Source of the DNA: Candidatus Moraniibacteriota bacterium
GTDB lineage: Bacteria; Patescibacteriota; Minisyncoccia; Moranbacterales; UBA1568
Direction of reading: 5' to 3'
Assembly: GCA_049287005.1 (NCBI GenBank)
Contig: JBAQEZ010000003.1
Location: 181,958-245,957, forward strand
Length of the DNA stretch: 64,000 nt
Shown: one piece after another, positions 45,563 through 54,517 of the stretch
Position numbering within the stretch: position 1 is the stretch's first letter
Layout of the letters: every line of letters begins with the position of its first letter
The notes under the pieces: generated by a model
The model's database searches: none
What the model saw: the letters and a program-made list of their open reading frames with translations, nothing else
Told to the model about the DNA's origin: nothing
Program-made: the position numbers and the translations under genes

Positions 45563-48500
45563 GAGCCAAGGACATTATTTCGGACGATACGATATTGTCG
45601 GGATCGCATATAGGGGCCCTGATTTTTCAAGACGGTGTTTTGTTTTTCCGGGGCAGGGATCGGCCTTTCCCGGGATGTGCAAAGATGAGTACCTCGCATT
45701 CAATATCATCCGAGAAAAATTTGCGCTGGCCGATGCGTTGGTGCAAAAATTTCACTTTCCCAAAATATCGGATTATATCTTACATCCTGACGGACTCAGC
45801 CAAGAAACGCTGCCGGCCATGGCGAATCTGGCTCTTTTTACTCTGGAGTCGGCCTTGTGTGATGTCCTGATTTCTTTGAAAGTTACTCCTGAGGTTATCA
45901 CCGGCCACAGTTTCGGTGAATACACGGCACTCGTGGCCTCGGGCATCCTCCCCTTTGAAGAAATGATCGCTATTATTTACCATCGAGATATGTTCTGTCC
46001 GCAGGCGCATGCTCTGGGTTTTCTGATAGCGGTGAACGCGGACGTCAAACAAGTGAAAACCATTCTGGGAACAAGGGAGTATCATATCAGCAATATCAAC
46101 AGTCCCAGACAGACTGTCATCGCGGTTGCCAAGGACGCCGTCGCTGCCGTCGCGCAGATATTTGAAAGCAAAAAAATAAAGCATAAAGTTTTATATAATG
46201 TGCCTCAGCCGTATCACTCCCCGTATTTGGAAGGATCCAAAAAGAAGATTAAAAAATATTTAAAAACCAAGCAATTTTCCTTCAGCAAGCCTAAAATCCC
46301 ATTTTTTTCCTCAGTTTTGAAGAAACTGATTGACGAAAATAATTTTAAAAAAGAAGATATAGACAAGATTCTGATCAACCAGATTACGACCCAAGTTGAT
46401 TTTATCAGTCAAAGCAAGTCGATATACGACCGCGGCTGCTCTTATTTTTTGGAAGTGGGTCCAAAAAAATTATTCGCCGTTTTTATCGATGACATTATGG
46501 CAGCGGATGCTAAGGAAGTAAAAACCGACTGCGCGCTTGGTGTGCTGCGCCAAGAGAAGCAAAATGATTTCAAACCAGTCAGTCTGAAGGGCCATAAACT
46601 GTTTACCCTGATCAGCCAGACCATCGGGAAAATCACGGGTTATGAAATCGAGAAAATATACCCCGAAGGCAGATTCCAGGAAGATTTGGGCATCGATTCC
46701 ATAAAAAGAGCCGATATCCTGCTGACGGTGTTTGATGAACTGAAGATCTTGCTGGGCGAGGATTTCAACACCTCGGAATTTAAAAGCATCAATGACGTCA
46801 TCGCGTACATCGAAAAGGCGAAGGAGGAGGGACGGACGAGGAAAGCCCTGTCCGTGGGTGCCGCTCTGGCACAGGAAAAGACACGCTTCAAAAGATATAT
46901 TTTTGTGCCGGTCGCAGAGTCTTTGCCGCAAAAGTATTTTTTGGACGCTTCTCGCAAGGATGGATATTTTCTACTGCCTCTTTCTGACATTGTGCGAAAG
47001 AGTGGGGATGCTTTGGAGCGGCTACGATCTTTTTGCGAGGCACTCGGGAAGAAAATGAGGAGACCCGACATCATCATCCTCGCCGATGGGATCCAGTTTG
47101 ATTTCGCTACGATGATGCTGATTTTCAAGTTCTTCAGGGAGTACGCGCGTTCGGCAGTCGAAGATGGGGTGAATGTGGTTCTTCTTTCCGCGGGTCGAGA
47201 TGCGCACCCCTATATCTATGGGCTGGCTTCTTTCCTGAAATCCCTGAAAAAAGAATTCCCCGGGATGTTTTTCAAGCACATCCATTATGACAGGATGGGC
47301 GCTGAGCGAGAGGCGCTGCGCGTCGCTTGCCAAGAAGCGCGGGAAACTGACGGTATGGATGTCGTGTATAAAAACGGAAAAAGATTTGTTTTGAAACCCA
47401 GGCTTGCGCAAGCAGGAAAGAAACCAAACTTGAATGAGAGCTCGGTGGTTGTGGCGATCGGCGGGGCAAAAGGCATCACTTTTTCGCTCATCAAGAACAT
47501 CTCACGAAAATACAAGCCGGTTCTCTATCTGGCTGGTAAAAGTCGGGAAGATGACAAGGTGGTGCGGGCTCATATCGAGGAGCTGAAGAAAGAGAATCCC
47601 AACATATATTATGCATCACTCGATGCCTGTGATATGAGATCTCTGGATAAGCTTTTTGCCAGCATAAAAAAGCAGCATAAAAAGATTGATCTGGTGATCA
47701 ACGGCGCGGGTACGGTCAAGATAGGATTCTTGAAAGAAAAAACTGATGAGGATATGGAGTCTGAATTCTATAACAAAGTCCTGCCCGCTTTTCATATTTT
47801 AAACCTCGCATCAAAATATAAGCCCAAGAGAATCATTCATTTTTCATCCATCATTTCAAGATACGGCAGCGCCGGCCAGAGCGTTTATACGGCAGCGAAT
47901 GAACTCGTGAGCGGATTAACCGCGGCCTATGCCACGGTTCTGAAAAAGTCCGGCACCAGAGCGTCTGTCGTTCATTGGCCGCCATGGGATAGCATAGGAA
48001 TGACCGGGAACCAAGGCGTGTCCCAAAAATTGAAAGAGGCCGGGGTTTCCTTGTTGGGCTCGAGGAAGGCGGATACATTATTTTTGTCCGACCTCTCTTC
48101 TCCCGGAGAAGGCGCGGTGTATTATCTGGATGAAGCGGACGACAGATTCTATTCCTTTGCCTTGAATAATCTGGAGCCATTTCGGTCTTTGATAGGCGAG
48201 ATAGCGGATCCCTTCAGTCTTTCGGCATCCAGGGCAGTTTTCCGTAAAATATTCGATTTGCAAAGCGATACGTATCTGAAAGATCATATGGTACGCGGCA
48301 CAAGCTATGTCCCGGCCGCGGTGGGAATAGGCATGTTCCTGTGTTTGGGGAAAATGTATGGGAAGCGATTTCCCGTGCTGAAGAATATCGCCATAAATAA
48401 TCCGATCATAGTGAAGGAGAGGCCGGCGGAGTGTTTGTTGGAGACCACGAGCAAAGATGGGCTTCATTTGTTCTCTATAAAATCGTATGTACCCCACTTC

Positions 48501-49013
48501 TCTGCCGAAGCGGCGTACCCAGAAGAAAAGAAGATACCCCCGCGGCATTTCGTGAAAAGAGGCAAGAAAATTGAAGGCAGCACCGTCTATGCCGATTATG
48601 CCTTGAAGAATAGTCTCTTTCTGGGGACGGTTTTCCAGTCCATAGAACGGATATGGATCGGGGGGAATAACGTGGCTCTGGCTGTTATCAATAACTCCGT
48701 CTTGCTTCCGGTGTTTGGCCTGAGCATGTATGATAGATTGATTCAATGGATCGACGCCTCTTTCCAGGCGCTGGGTGTCGCGGCGCTCAGACACGACGCC
48801 ATCCTGTTGCCGGTAGGCGTTGCCAGTCTTTCCTTTTTTCCCAACGCCGAAATTTCTCAGCGTGTGTATGCGATACCTTCGTCAGTCGTAGCTACCGACG
48901 CTGGTGTGCAGGGGGATGTGGCATTGGTCAACGAAAAAGGGGAAGTGATTCTTGATTTAGTCGGGATTTTCCTGAAGAAGACAGAAGATAATCAAATATC
49001 AAACGAAAAATGA
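45555..49013 (+). CDS. Multidomain PKS-like protein with acyltransferase, ACP, ketoreductase and dehydratase domains, in that order
   Basis: AT: FPGQGSAFPGM and GHSFGEY. ACP: EDLGIDSIKRADIL (phosphopantetheine attachment Ser). KR: VVVAIGGAKGITFSL Rossmann fold and YTAANELV. DH: H-x-x-x-G-x-x-x-x-P in DHMVRGTSYVPAA and a D-x-x-x-Q motif in WIDASFQAL. Overlaps the KS gene stop by 8 nt. Confidence 0.85.
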   Translation: MNKSQGHYFGRYDIVGIAYRGPDFSRRCFVFPGQGSAFPGMCKDEYLAFNIIREKFALADALVQKFHFPKISDYILHPDGLSQETLPAMANLALFTLESALCDVLISLKVTPEVITGHSFGEYTALVASGILPFEEMIAIIYHRDMFCPQAHALGFLIAVNADVKQVKTILGTREYHISNINSPRQTVIAVAKDAVAAVAQIFESKKIKHKVLYNVPQPYHSPYLEGSKKKIKKYLKTKQFSFSKPKIPFFSSVLKKLIDENNFKKEDIDKILINQITTQVDFISQSKSIYDRGCSYFLEVGPKKLFAVFIDDIMAADAKEVKTDCALGVLRQEKQNDFKPVSLKGHKLFTLISQTIGKITGYEIEKIYPEGRFQEDLGIDSIKRADILLTVFDELKILLGEDFNTSEFKSINDVIAYIEKAKEEGRTRKALSVGAALAQEKTRFKRYIFVPVAESLPQKYFLDASRKDGYFLLPLSDIVRKSGDALERLRSFCEALGKKMRRPDIIILADGIQFDFATMMLIFKFFREYARSAVEDGVNVVLLSAGRDAHPYIYGLASFLKSLKKEFPGMFFKHIHYDRMGAEREALRVACQEARETDGMDVVYKNGKRFVLKPRLAQAGKKPNLNESSVVVAIGGAKGITFSLIKNISRKYKPVLYLAGKSREDDKVVRAHIEELKKENPNIYYASLDACDMRSLDKLFASIKKQHKKIDLVINGAGTVKIGFLKEKTDEDMESEFYNKVLPAFHILNLASKYKPKRIIHFSSIISRYGSAGQSVYTAANELVSGLTAAYATVLKKSGTRASVVHWPPWDSIGMTGNQGVSQKLKEAGVSLLGSRKADTLFLSDLSSPGEGAVYYLDEADDRFYSFALNNLEPFRSLIGEIADPFSLSASRAVFRKIFDLQSDTYLKDHMVRGTSYVPAAVGIGMFLCLGKMYGKRFPVLKNIAINNPIIVKERPAECLLETTSKDGLHLFSIKSYVPHFSAEAAYPEEKKIPPRHFVKRGKKIEGSTVYADYALKNSLFLGTVFQSIERIWIGGNNVALAVINNSVLLPVFGLSMYDRLIQWIDASFQALGVAALRHDAILLPVGVASLSFFPNAEISQRVYAIPSSVVATDAGVQGDVALVNEKGEVILDLVGIFLKKTEDNQISNEK

Positions 49014-49636
49014 AGCATCCGAAAGACTTTCGTGGCCAAACCAGGCTCGCGACCCGCGTCGCTCGATCTCTGGCGCAGCCACAGGGACAGGCGCAAGCGG
49101 ATCTATGGGATATAGACCAGCAACGGTCAGTGGCGGATGTGTTGGTGTATGAGTTGACGGGGAAAAAAATGAGCCGTTCCCAAATGGGCAGACCCCGTAT
49201 CGGTACATCGGCGGACGTATCTCTCTCCCATAAGAATGACTTTGTTGCCGTGGCTACCGTTCCGGCGCCGTACAGGATCGGCATTGATGTGGAACATCTC
49301 GTGACCGGCTTGAACGCAGAACTTTTTTTCGGGCCGGCAATAACAAGCCGTGAGTTGCCTTTTTTCAAGACGTTTTGTGAAAAAAACAACTTTTCTTATT
49401 CTTCCGGAGTTGCCGTCTTCTGGTCCATCAAGGAATCCTTTTTTAAGTGTCTTGATTATGATTTCAAACCTGCTAAGATAAGCGTGCGGAGCATTTCAGG
49501 AAAAGGGAAAATCCGTTTTGATATGTCTGATGAAATAAAAACACTGATGGAGGGGAGAGGCTTGGCGCTGTGTTCGTCAAAGACGCTGTTGCGGGGCGAG
49601 CATATTTTTTCTCAAACAGTCATGAGAAAAATGTAA
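49010..49636 (+). CDS. 4'-phosphopantetheinyl transferase (Sfp-type)
   Basis: PPTase motifs G-x-D in RIGIDVEHL and W-x-x-KES-x-x-K in FWSIKESFFK. ATGA overlap with the upstream gene. Confidence 0.75.
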   Translation: MKHPKDFRGQTRLATRVARSLAQPQGQAQADLWDIDQQRSVADVLVYELTGKKMSRSQMGRPRIGTSADVSLSHKNDFVAVATVPAPYRIGIDVEHLVTGLNAELFFGPAITSRELPFFKTFCEKNNFSYSSGVAVFWSIKESFFKCLDYDFKPAKISVRSISGKGKIRFDMSDEIKTLMEGRGLALCSSKTLLRGEHIFSQTVMRKM

Positions 49637-49645
49637 GGTCGTTCT

Positions 49646-50713
49646 GTGGACACATACCAATATCATATGAAGCATCAACAGGAGGCCCTGCAACGCTGGC
49701 AGACACTGGATATCATAAAAACCGTCGGGCTTTTGGGTGCGCTTTTTTTCCATGTTTTCGTCTGGTGGTTCGGAAAAAATTGGGGAGCAACAGGCGCCGC
49801 CTTCTATAGTTTCATCGGAGCACCCGTGTGGCTCATGCTTACTTTTTTGGTAGTCATCCATTTTCTTCTGTTGTCCGCGGGCGCCTCATTGTACTTTTAT
49901 CTGAAGAAATATCAGCCAACGCTCAAAACAATACTGCTTCGAGTAGTCCTGTTATTGTTACTGGGTGTCGTATTCGGATTGAATCTGCACCCTCTGGTGG
50001 TGTTTTGGAATGTTTTTATGCTGTATGCCGTTTCGGTCTTGACCATTTTTCTCCTGGATCGTTATGTCGGAAAGCGGGCGATTATGATGCTGACCGCGGC
50101 ATCTCTCCTCCTCACGCCTTTTTTGCGTTTCTTTTTGGGTACGATGGCTCCGCAGCATTATGCGTCGTACGTTCTTGTCGGTGACCCGGCGGGTATCGCA
50201 AGTTTTTACCCTTTTTTTCCATGGTTTTTTCTGATGGGCGCTGGATTCTTAACCAGTCATTTCTATCGCCAGTACCAGAAGGCAAAACTCCTTGGATATG
50301 GGTTGTTTGGCGGAGCGATAACTACATTGCTCGTCGTGCCCTTTTTGCGAATACCTGATTTTACCAATATTTTCGGCTTCACCTCTCAAATGTCGATAAG
50401 TTATGCCGTGCTCATGGCTTCCACTTTCATTTTTCTGGTCTCTTGGCTGGAGTTGCTTTTGCACAACATAAAACTTTCTCCGTATAACCCGGCTGTCGCT
50501 CTCGGCAGGCACATTTTGCCGGTGTATCTGACGACGGTTTTTATCACTCTGATCATGGTGCCTCTGATGAAACAATACGTACACTATAGAGACGGTACCC
50601 GTGTTTTTCTGATTCTTGAGATCATGACATTTCTCATCGCGTATCTGGTGGCGGCTCTGTTGACGTGCCGCGCCGTTAGACGGAGAGATCATCGCGCGGC
50701 CCCTTTTGCATAA
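49646..50713 (+). CDS. Integral membrane acyltransferase (acyltransferase-3/OafA/OpgC-like family)
   Basis: N-terminal family signature R-x-x-x-LD-x-x-K-x-x-x-x-x-x-V-x-x-x-H in QRWQTLDIIKTVGLLGALFFHVF. About 10 TMs. GTG start with a TAAGGT ribosome-binding site. Confidence 0.55.
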   Translation: MDTYQYHMKHQQEALQRWQTLDIIKTVGLLGALFFHVFVWWFGKNWGATGAAFYSFIGAPVWLMLTFLVVIHFLLLSAGASLYFYLKKYQPTLKTILLRVVLLLLLGVVFGLNLHPLVVFWNVFMLYAVSVLTIFLLDRYVGKRAIMMLTAASLLLTPFLRFFLGTMAPQHYASYVLVGDPAGIASFYPFFPWFFLMGAGFLTSHFYRQYQKAKLLGYGLFGGAITTLLVVPFLRIPDFTNIFGFTSQMSISYAVLMASTFIFLVSWLELLLHNIKLSPYNPAVALGRHILPVYLTTVFITLIMVPLMKQYVHYRDGTRVFLILEIMTFLIAYLVAALLTCRAVRRRDHRAAPFA

Positions 50714-50760
50714 TGGTTCGATTATGTTATTATAATCATATGAAAAATTAAACATATATC

Positions 50761-52959
50761 ATGAAAAATAAATTTTTTGGAGCGCTTTTTATTTTCGTTT
50801 TTATCACCATGCTCAGCGCGCCGCGCGCGGCTCAGGCGGGCAGTGTGGCTGATGCCGTAGGGGATGCCGTAGGGAATGGGATATCTATAGTCTCAGGGGT
50901 CGTTCAGGGAACGGTAAATTTGGTTACTGGCGAAAGTTTCAGCTCGGGCTATTGCGATGGTTTTAATTCTTTGGGCGGCACGGGCGATGGAGGCATTCTC
51001 AATCCGGGTAGTTGTGACGGTGGCGGTGGTGGTTCTTGCGTGGGCAACTACGGCCAATCCTGCGGCAGTTGCGGGGGTGTGATTCAGTGCGACGGTGCCT
51101 GTAGCGACACGAGCAACTCCGGCGCCAGCTGTTCATCGTGCAATGCGTGCGGGGCCTGCAGTGGAGGCAGTATTCAATGCAACGGAGCTTGCAGCGCCGG
51201 AGCTCCTGCTCCAGCGCAAACAGGAAGGACCGGGCATTCCTGCTCGGAGTGGGATGATCCGGGCAATGATCAATGTTACGCCGGTTCCGTAGATGAAGTT
51301 TTCTATTGTGATGGTTCCTGGAATTATGAAAATAACGGCTGTTATGGAGTAAGTTGTTGCGTTCCGTATGCGGGTTCCTCTTGTTCGGCCACTTCTTCTC
51401 CCAATGCCTGCGGTGACACCGACACAAACTATGGCAGCTACACCTGCGAGGGTGCCTGTACGGCGTCAGCGCCGAGTGCTCCTCCGATAACAGAAGTAGG
51501 GAGGACTACCTATGATTGCTCAACTTTCAATGATGCCAACAATTGTTATGCCGGCACCGTAGACGGGGTTGGGTTTTGCGATGGCTCATGGCAAGCCCAA
51601 AACAACAATTGTTACAATATATCCTGTGGGCCGGTATGCGTTCCGTATGCGGGTTCCTCTTGTTCGGAGACTTCTTCTCCCAATGCTTGCGGTGACACGA
51701 ATACCAGCAATGGCAGCTACGACTGCAATGGTGCCTGTACGGCCTCTACGCCTGTTCCTCCTGCCACTCCATGGTATGTGGGCGCCACCTGTTATTCTTC
51801 CACGAACTCCTGCGGGCAGTGGGACAGGGGAGCATACGATTGCAACGGTTCCTGCAGCGCCTCCACCCCTGACGAGCCTTGGTATGTGGGCGTCGGCTGC
51901 TCATCATCCGCGAACTCCTGCGGGCAGCGGAACTCAGGGACGTATGATTGCGGGGGCTTCTGCAGCGCCTCCACCCCGTCGGATAGCAGTTGTCCATCAT
52001 CTTGTGCTTCGAATGAAGGTCAGGCTTGCACCTCATCCGCGAACTCCTGCGGGGATACCAATGGAGGATCCTACGATTGCAACGGTTCCTGCAGCGCCTC
52101 CACCCCGGATGATCCATGGTATCTCGGCGTAGGCTGCTCATCATCCGCGAACTCCTGTGGACAGAGAAACAGCGGGACATATGATTGCAACGGTTCCTGC
52201 AGCGCCTCCACTCCGTCGGAGAGCTCCTGTTCTTGTGTTGCGAATAATTGCGCGGCGAGCACCTGTTCGAACGATACCTGTTGGAACGGATGCAGTACCG
52301 TGTGGGGCGATGTGTCCTGTATACCCGCACCCACTATCAATATCTTCAACGCCGCGCCTCTTTCTATCATGAGTGGAAACTCTTCAACCCTCACCTGGAC
52401 CACCTCCAATGCTTCATCCTGCTTCGCTTCCAATGGCTGGAGCGGCTGGAAAACCAATACGGGCGGCAATGAAACAGTCTGGCCCGCATCCACCACCACC
52501 TATGCTCTCGAATGTTGGAACAGTGACGGTGTCACAAGCGGCGTAGCGAGCAGGACCGTGACCGTGACCGCCGCGGTTCCTGCGCCCTCACTCACCTTCT
52601 TGGTCAGTTCGCCATCACTCAGTTCGGGGCAATCAGCCACGCTACAGTGGAACGCTGCGAATGCTGCGACCTGCACCGCGACTGGCGATTGGAGCGGAAC
52701 GAAAGCCACCGGCACACAAAGCGAGACACAATCCAATATCACCAGCTCCAAAACCTACTATCTGGAATGTTGGAACGGCGCGAGTGTTTCTACCGGCAAA
52801 AAGATGGCAACGGTGACATTGTTGGCCTGCGTGCCTGATTGCAGTGCCGCGAAAGCCGGTGCGGTCTGTGCCGGTCAGCCATACAGTGACGGTTGCAGCG
52901 GAACTTGCAATAATGCTGCGCGTCACTGCGATTACAACTGGAAAGAAGTGGCGCCGTGA
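50761..52959 (+). CDS. Secreted cysteine-rich tandem-repeat protein with two C-terminal Ig/Fn3-like domains
   Basis: Signal peptide MKNKFFGALFIFVFITMLSAPRAAQA. Repeated modules of about 35-40 aa such as PWYVG-x-GCSSSANSCGQRNSGTYDCNGSCSASTP, and CVPYAGSSCS-x-TSSPNACGDT modules. Two C-terminal domains of about 95 aa (LTWTTSNASSC ... YALECWN; LQWNAANAATC ... YYLECWN). Confidence 0.55.
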   Translation: MKNKFFGALFIFVFITMLSAPRAAQAGSVADAVGDAVGNGISIVSGVVQGTVNLVTGESFSSGYCDGFNSLGGTGDGGILNPGSCDGGGGGSCVGNYGQSCGSCGGVIQCDGACSDTSNSGASCSSCNACGACSGGSIQCNGACSAGAPAPAQTGRTGHSCSEWDDPGNDQCYAGSVDEVFYCDGSWNYENNGCYGVSCCVPYAGSSCSATSSPNACGDTDTNYGSYTCEGACTASAPSAPPITEVGRTTYDCSTFNDANNCYAGTVDGVGFCDGSWQAQNNNCYNISCGPVCVPYAGSSCSETSSPNACGDTNTSNGSYDCNGACTASTPVPPATPWYVGATCYSSTNSCGQWDRGAYDCNGSCSASTPDEPWYVGVGCSSSANSCGQRNSGTYDCGGFCSASTPSDSSCPSSCASNEGQACTSSANSCGDTNGGSYDCNGSCSASTPDDPWYLGVGCSSSANSCGQRNSGTYDCNGSCSASTPSESSCSCVANNCAASTCSNDTCWNGCSTVWGDVSCIPAPTINIFNAAPLSIMSGNSSTLTWTTSNASSCFASNGWSGWKTNTGGNETVWPASTTTYALECWNSDGVTSGVASRTVTVTAAVPAPSLTFLVSSPSLSSGQSATLQWNAANAATCTATGDWSGTKATGTQSETQSNITSSKTYYLECWNGASVSTGKKMATVTLLACVPDCSAAKAGAVCAGQPYSDGCSGTCNNAARHCDYNWKEVAP
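51740..52240 (+). repeat. Intragenic near-identical DNA tandem repeats encoding the Cys-rich modules
   Basis: Units such as GCTCATCATCCGCGAACTCCTG(C/T)GG ... TATGATTGCAACGGTTCCTGCAGCGCCTCCAC recur at about 51840, 51900, 52080 and 52140. Confidence 0.7.
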
Positions 52960-53048
52960 TACAGAGGAGAAGAGAAACGGCTTGTGCGAGACGCAAGGTG
53001 ATAGTATAATAAAAATATCCCATTAATTAAATAAACAGACATAAAAAT

Positions 53049-53351
53049 ATGTTGGAACAATCTCAGCGACCGGTGAAAGTTGTGTTACTTGTGGTATTGG
53101 CTATCGCTCTGATAGCGCTCGTCTCTGTGATTTTGGCGCAGAGGGGCATGTTCGGTAATCCGGCTCCTACTCCGCAGCCTGTTTCCAAAACGACGATCCC
53201 TGTGCCGACAGGAACTGCCACCGCTCCGGCTTCTACTGCTACTCCGGTTGTCCCGAAGCAACTCAAGGACTTACAAGATCAGGTGAACGCCGGCACGCTT
53301 TCTCCCGCAGAAGCCAAAAAACGGTTGGAAGCTCTCTCAGTACCCAAGTGA
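53049..53351 (+). CDS. Small membrane-anchored Pro/Thr-rich protein
   Basis: TM VVLLVVLAIALIALVSVILA followed by a PAPTPQPVSKTTIPVPTGTATAPASTATPVVP low-complexity linker. Confidence 0.35.
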   Translation: MLEQSQRPVKVVLLVVLAIALIALVSVILAQRGMFGNPAPTPQPVSKTTIPVPTGTATAPASTATPVVPKQLKDLQDQVNAGTLSPAEAKKRLEALSVPK

Positions 53352-53407
53352 CTTCCTCTCACGCTTCTTGTTGACGCCAAGAAGCAAGGAAGAGAAGCAG
53401 AGCAAGA

Positions 53408-53444
53408 CTGCCCCGCTGATAATCAGCGTGGCAGCTTTTTGTTT
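53408..53444 (+). terminator. Rho-independent terminator
   Basis: CTGCC-c-CGCTGA-taa-TCAGCG-t-GGCAG followed by CTTTTTGTTTT. Confidence 0.6.
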
Positions 53445-53510
53445 TAAAGGAGAGTCTTTTGAGGTATACTACAGAAAGACTTTCAAGACAGAGCCTCTAT
53501 CATTAAAGGA

Positions 53511-54461
53511 TTGGTACCTATGACGTGGGTGTTTGTAGCGTTGCTGGGATATTTTCTCAATTCCGGAGCGGCGATATTGGACAAGTATCTTCTGTCGGGA
53601 CCGATCAAGGGGCCGGCGGCGTATGCTTTTTTCGTTTCCTTGTTCAGCCTGTTCACGCTTCTTTTCATACCTTTCGGTTTCCAGTTTTTCGGTTGGGAAT
53701 CGACCGGAATTTTCTTGCTTTCCGGCATCTTGTTCCTGTACGGTCTGGTGGCGCTGTACACCGCCGTGCAAGGACAGGAAATCTCACGTATTTCGCCTTT
53801 GGTTGGCACGGTGGTTTCTCTGGTAGCTTTTGGGGCGGCAATCTTTCTTCCTCATGCTTTGGGAGAGACGTTCTTTACCGTGCGATATATGTTTGCGCTC
53901 ATGTTGCTGATCGGGGGCGGATTGCTTCTTTCGTTCGATCTGCCGCTCCGACAGGGCGAACGCATTTCCCGATTCGTATTTGTCGCGGGCTTGGCCATGG
54001 GAGGGTCGCTCCTCCTTTTGAAATACGGATACGGACAGGCGAATTTTATCAGCGGTTTGGTGTGGTCGCGCCTGGGTATGTTTCTGGCAGGATTGAGCCT
54101 TCTTTTTGTGCCGCAGTTCCGACGTCAGATTTTTGGTGATGCCAAGCAAGCGACTGGGTCATCCAGAACGGCCGTCCATACGGGCATCGTCTTCGTAGCC
54201 AACAAAGCGTGTGCGGGACTGGCCACCCTGCTCATCACGTATGCGACGTTTTTGGGGCCGCTCTCTTTCGTGCAGGCTCTGTCTGGCATGCAGTATGTCT
54301 TTCTTCTTCTGCTGGCGTTGCCGCTCTCTCTCCGTTTTCCGCGGATATTCGGTGAGCGGCTTTCTTTCTGGGACTGGTTCCAGAAAATATGCGCTATCGC
54401 GCTTATCGGTTTGGGATTATGGCTTTCTGCTACCGGCGGAGTGAAGTTGTTATTTATGTGA
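53511..54461 (+). CDS. Polytopic membrane protein (about 10 TM; DMT/EamA-like candidate)
   Basis: Ten hydrophobic helices arranged as two five-helix halves. No diagnostic motif recognised. Confidence 0.45.
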   Translation: MVPMTWVFVALLGYFLNSGAAILDKYLLSGPIKGPAAYAFFVSLFSLFTLLFIPFGFQFFGWESTGIFLLSGILFLYGLVALYTAVQGQEISRISPLVGTVVSLVAFGAAIFLPHALGETFFTVRYMFALMLLIGGGLLLSFDLPLRQGERISRFVFVAGLAMGGSLLLLKYGYGQANFISGLVWSRLGMFLAGLSLLFVPQFRRQIFGDAKQATGSSRTAVHTGIVFVANKACAGLATLLITYATFLGPLSFVQALSGMQYVFLLLLALPLSLRFPRIFGERLSFWDWFQKICAIALIGLGLWLSATGGVKLLFM

Positions 54462-54517
54462 TGTTACCTTTTTTAGATTCATGGGAGAAAAATTTGCAAT
54501 AATTTTTTTGTGAGAAA

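Noticed and set aside
51569-52499. ORFs 51569-52132 (+), 51746-52330 (-) and 52071-52499 (-) inside the Cys-rich repeat gene
   Set aside because: These are alternative frames of the repetitive GC-rich repeat DNA, with Pro/Arg/Ala-rich translations. The frame with a signal peptide and regular Cys spacing is the coherent one.
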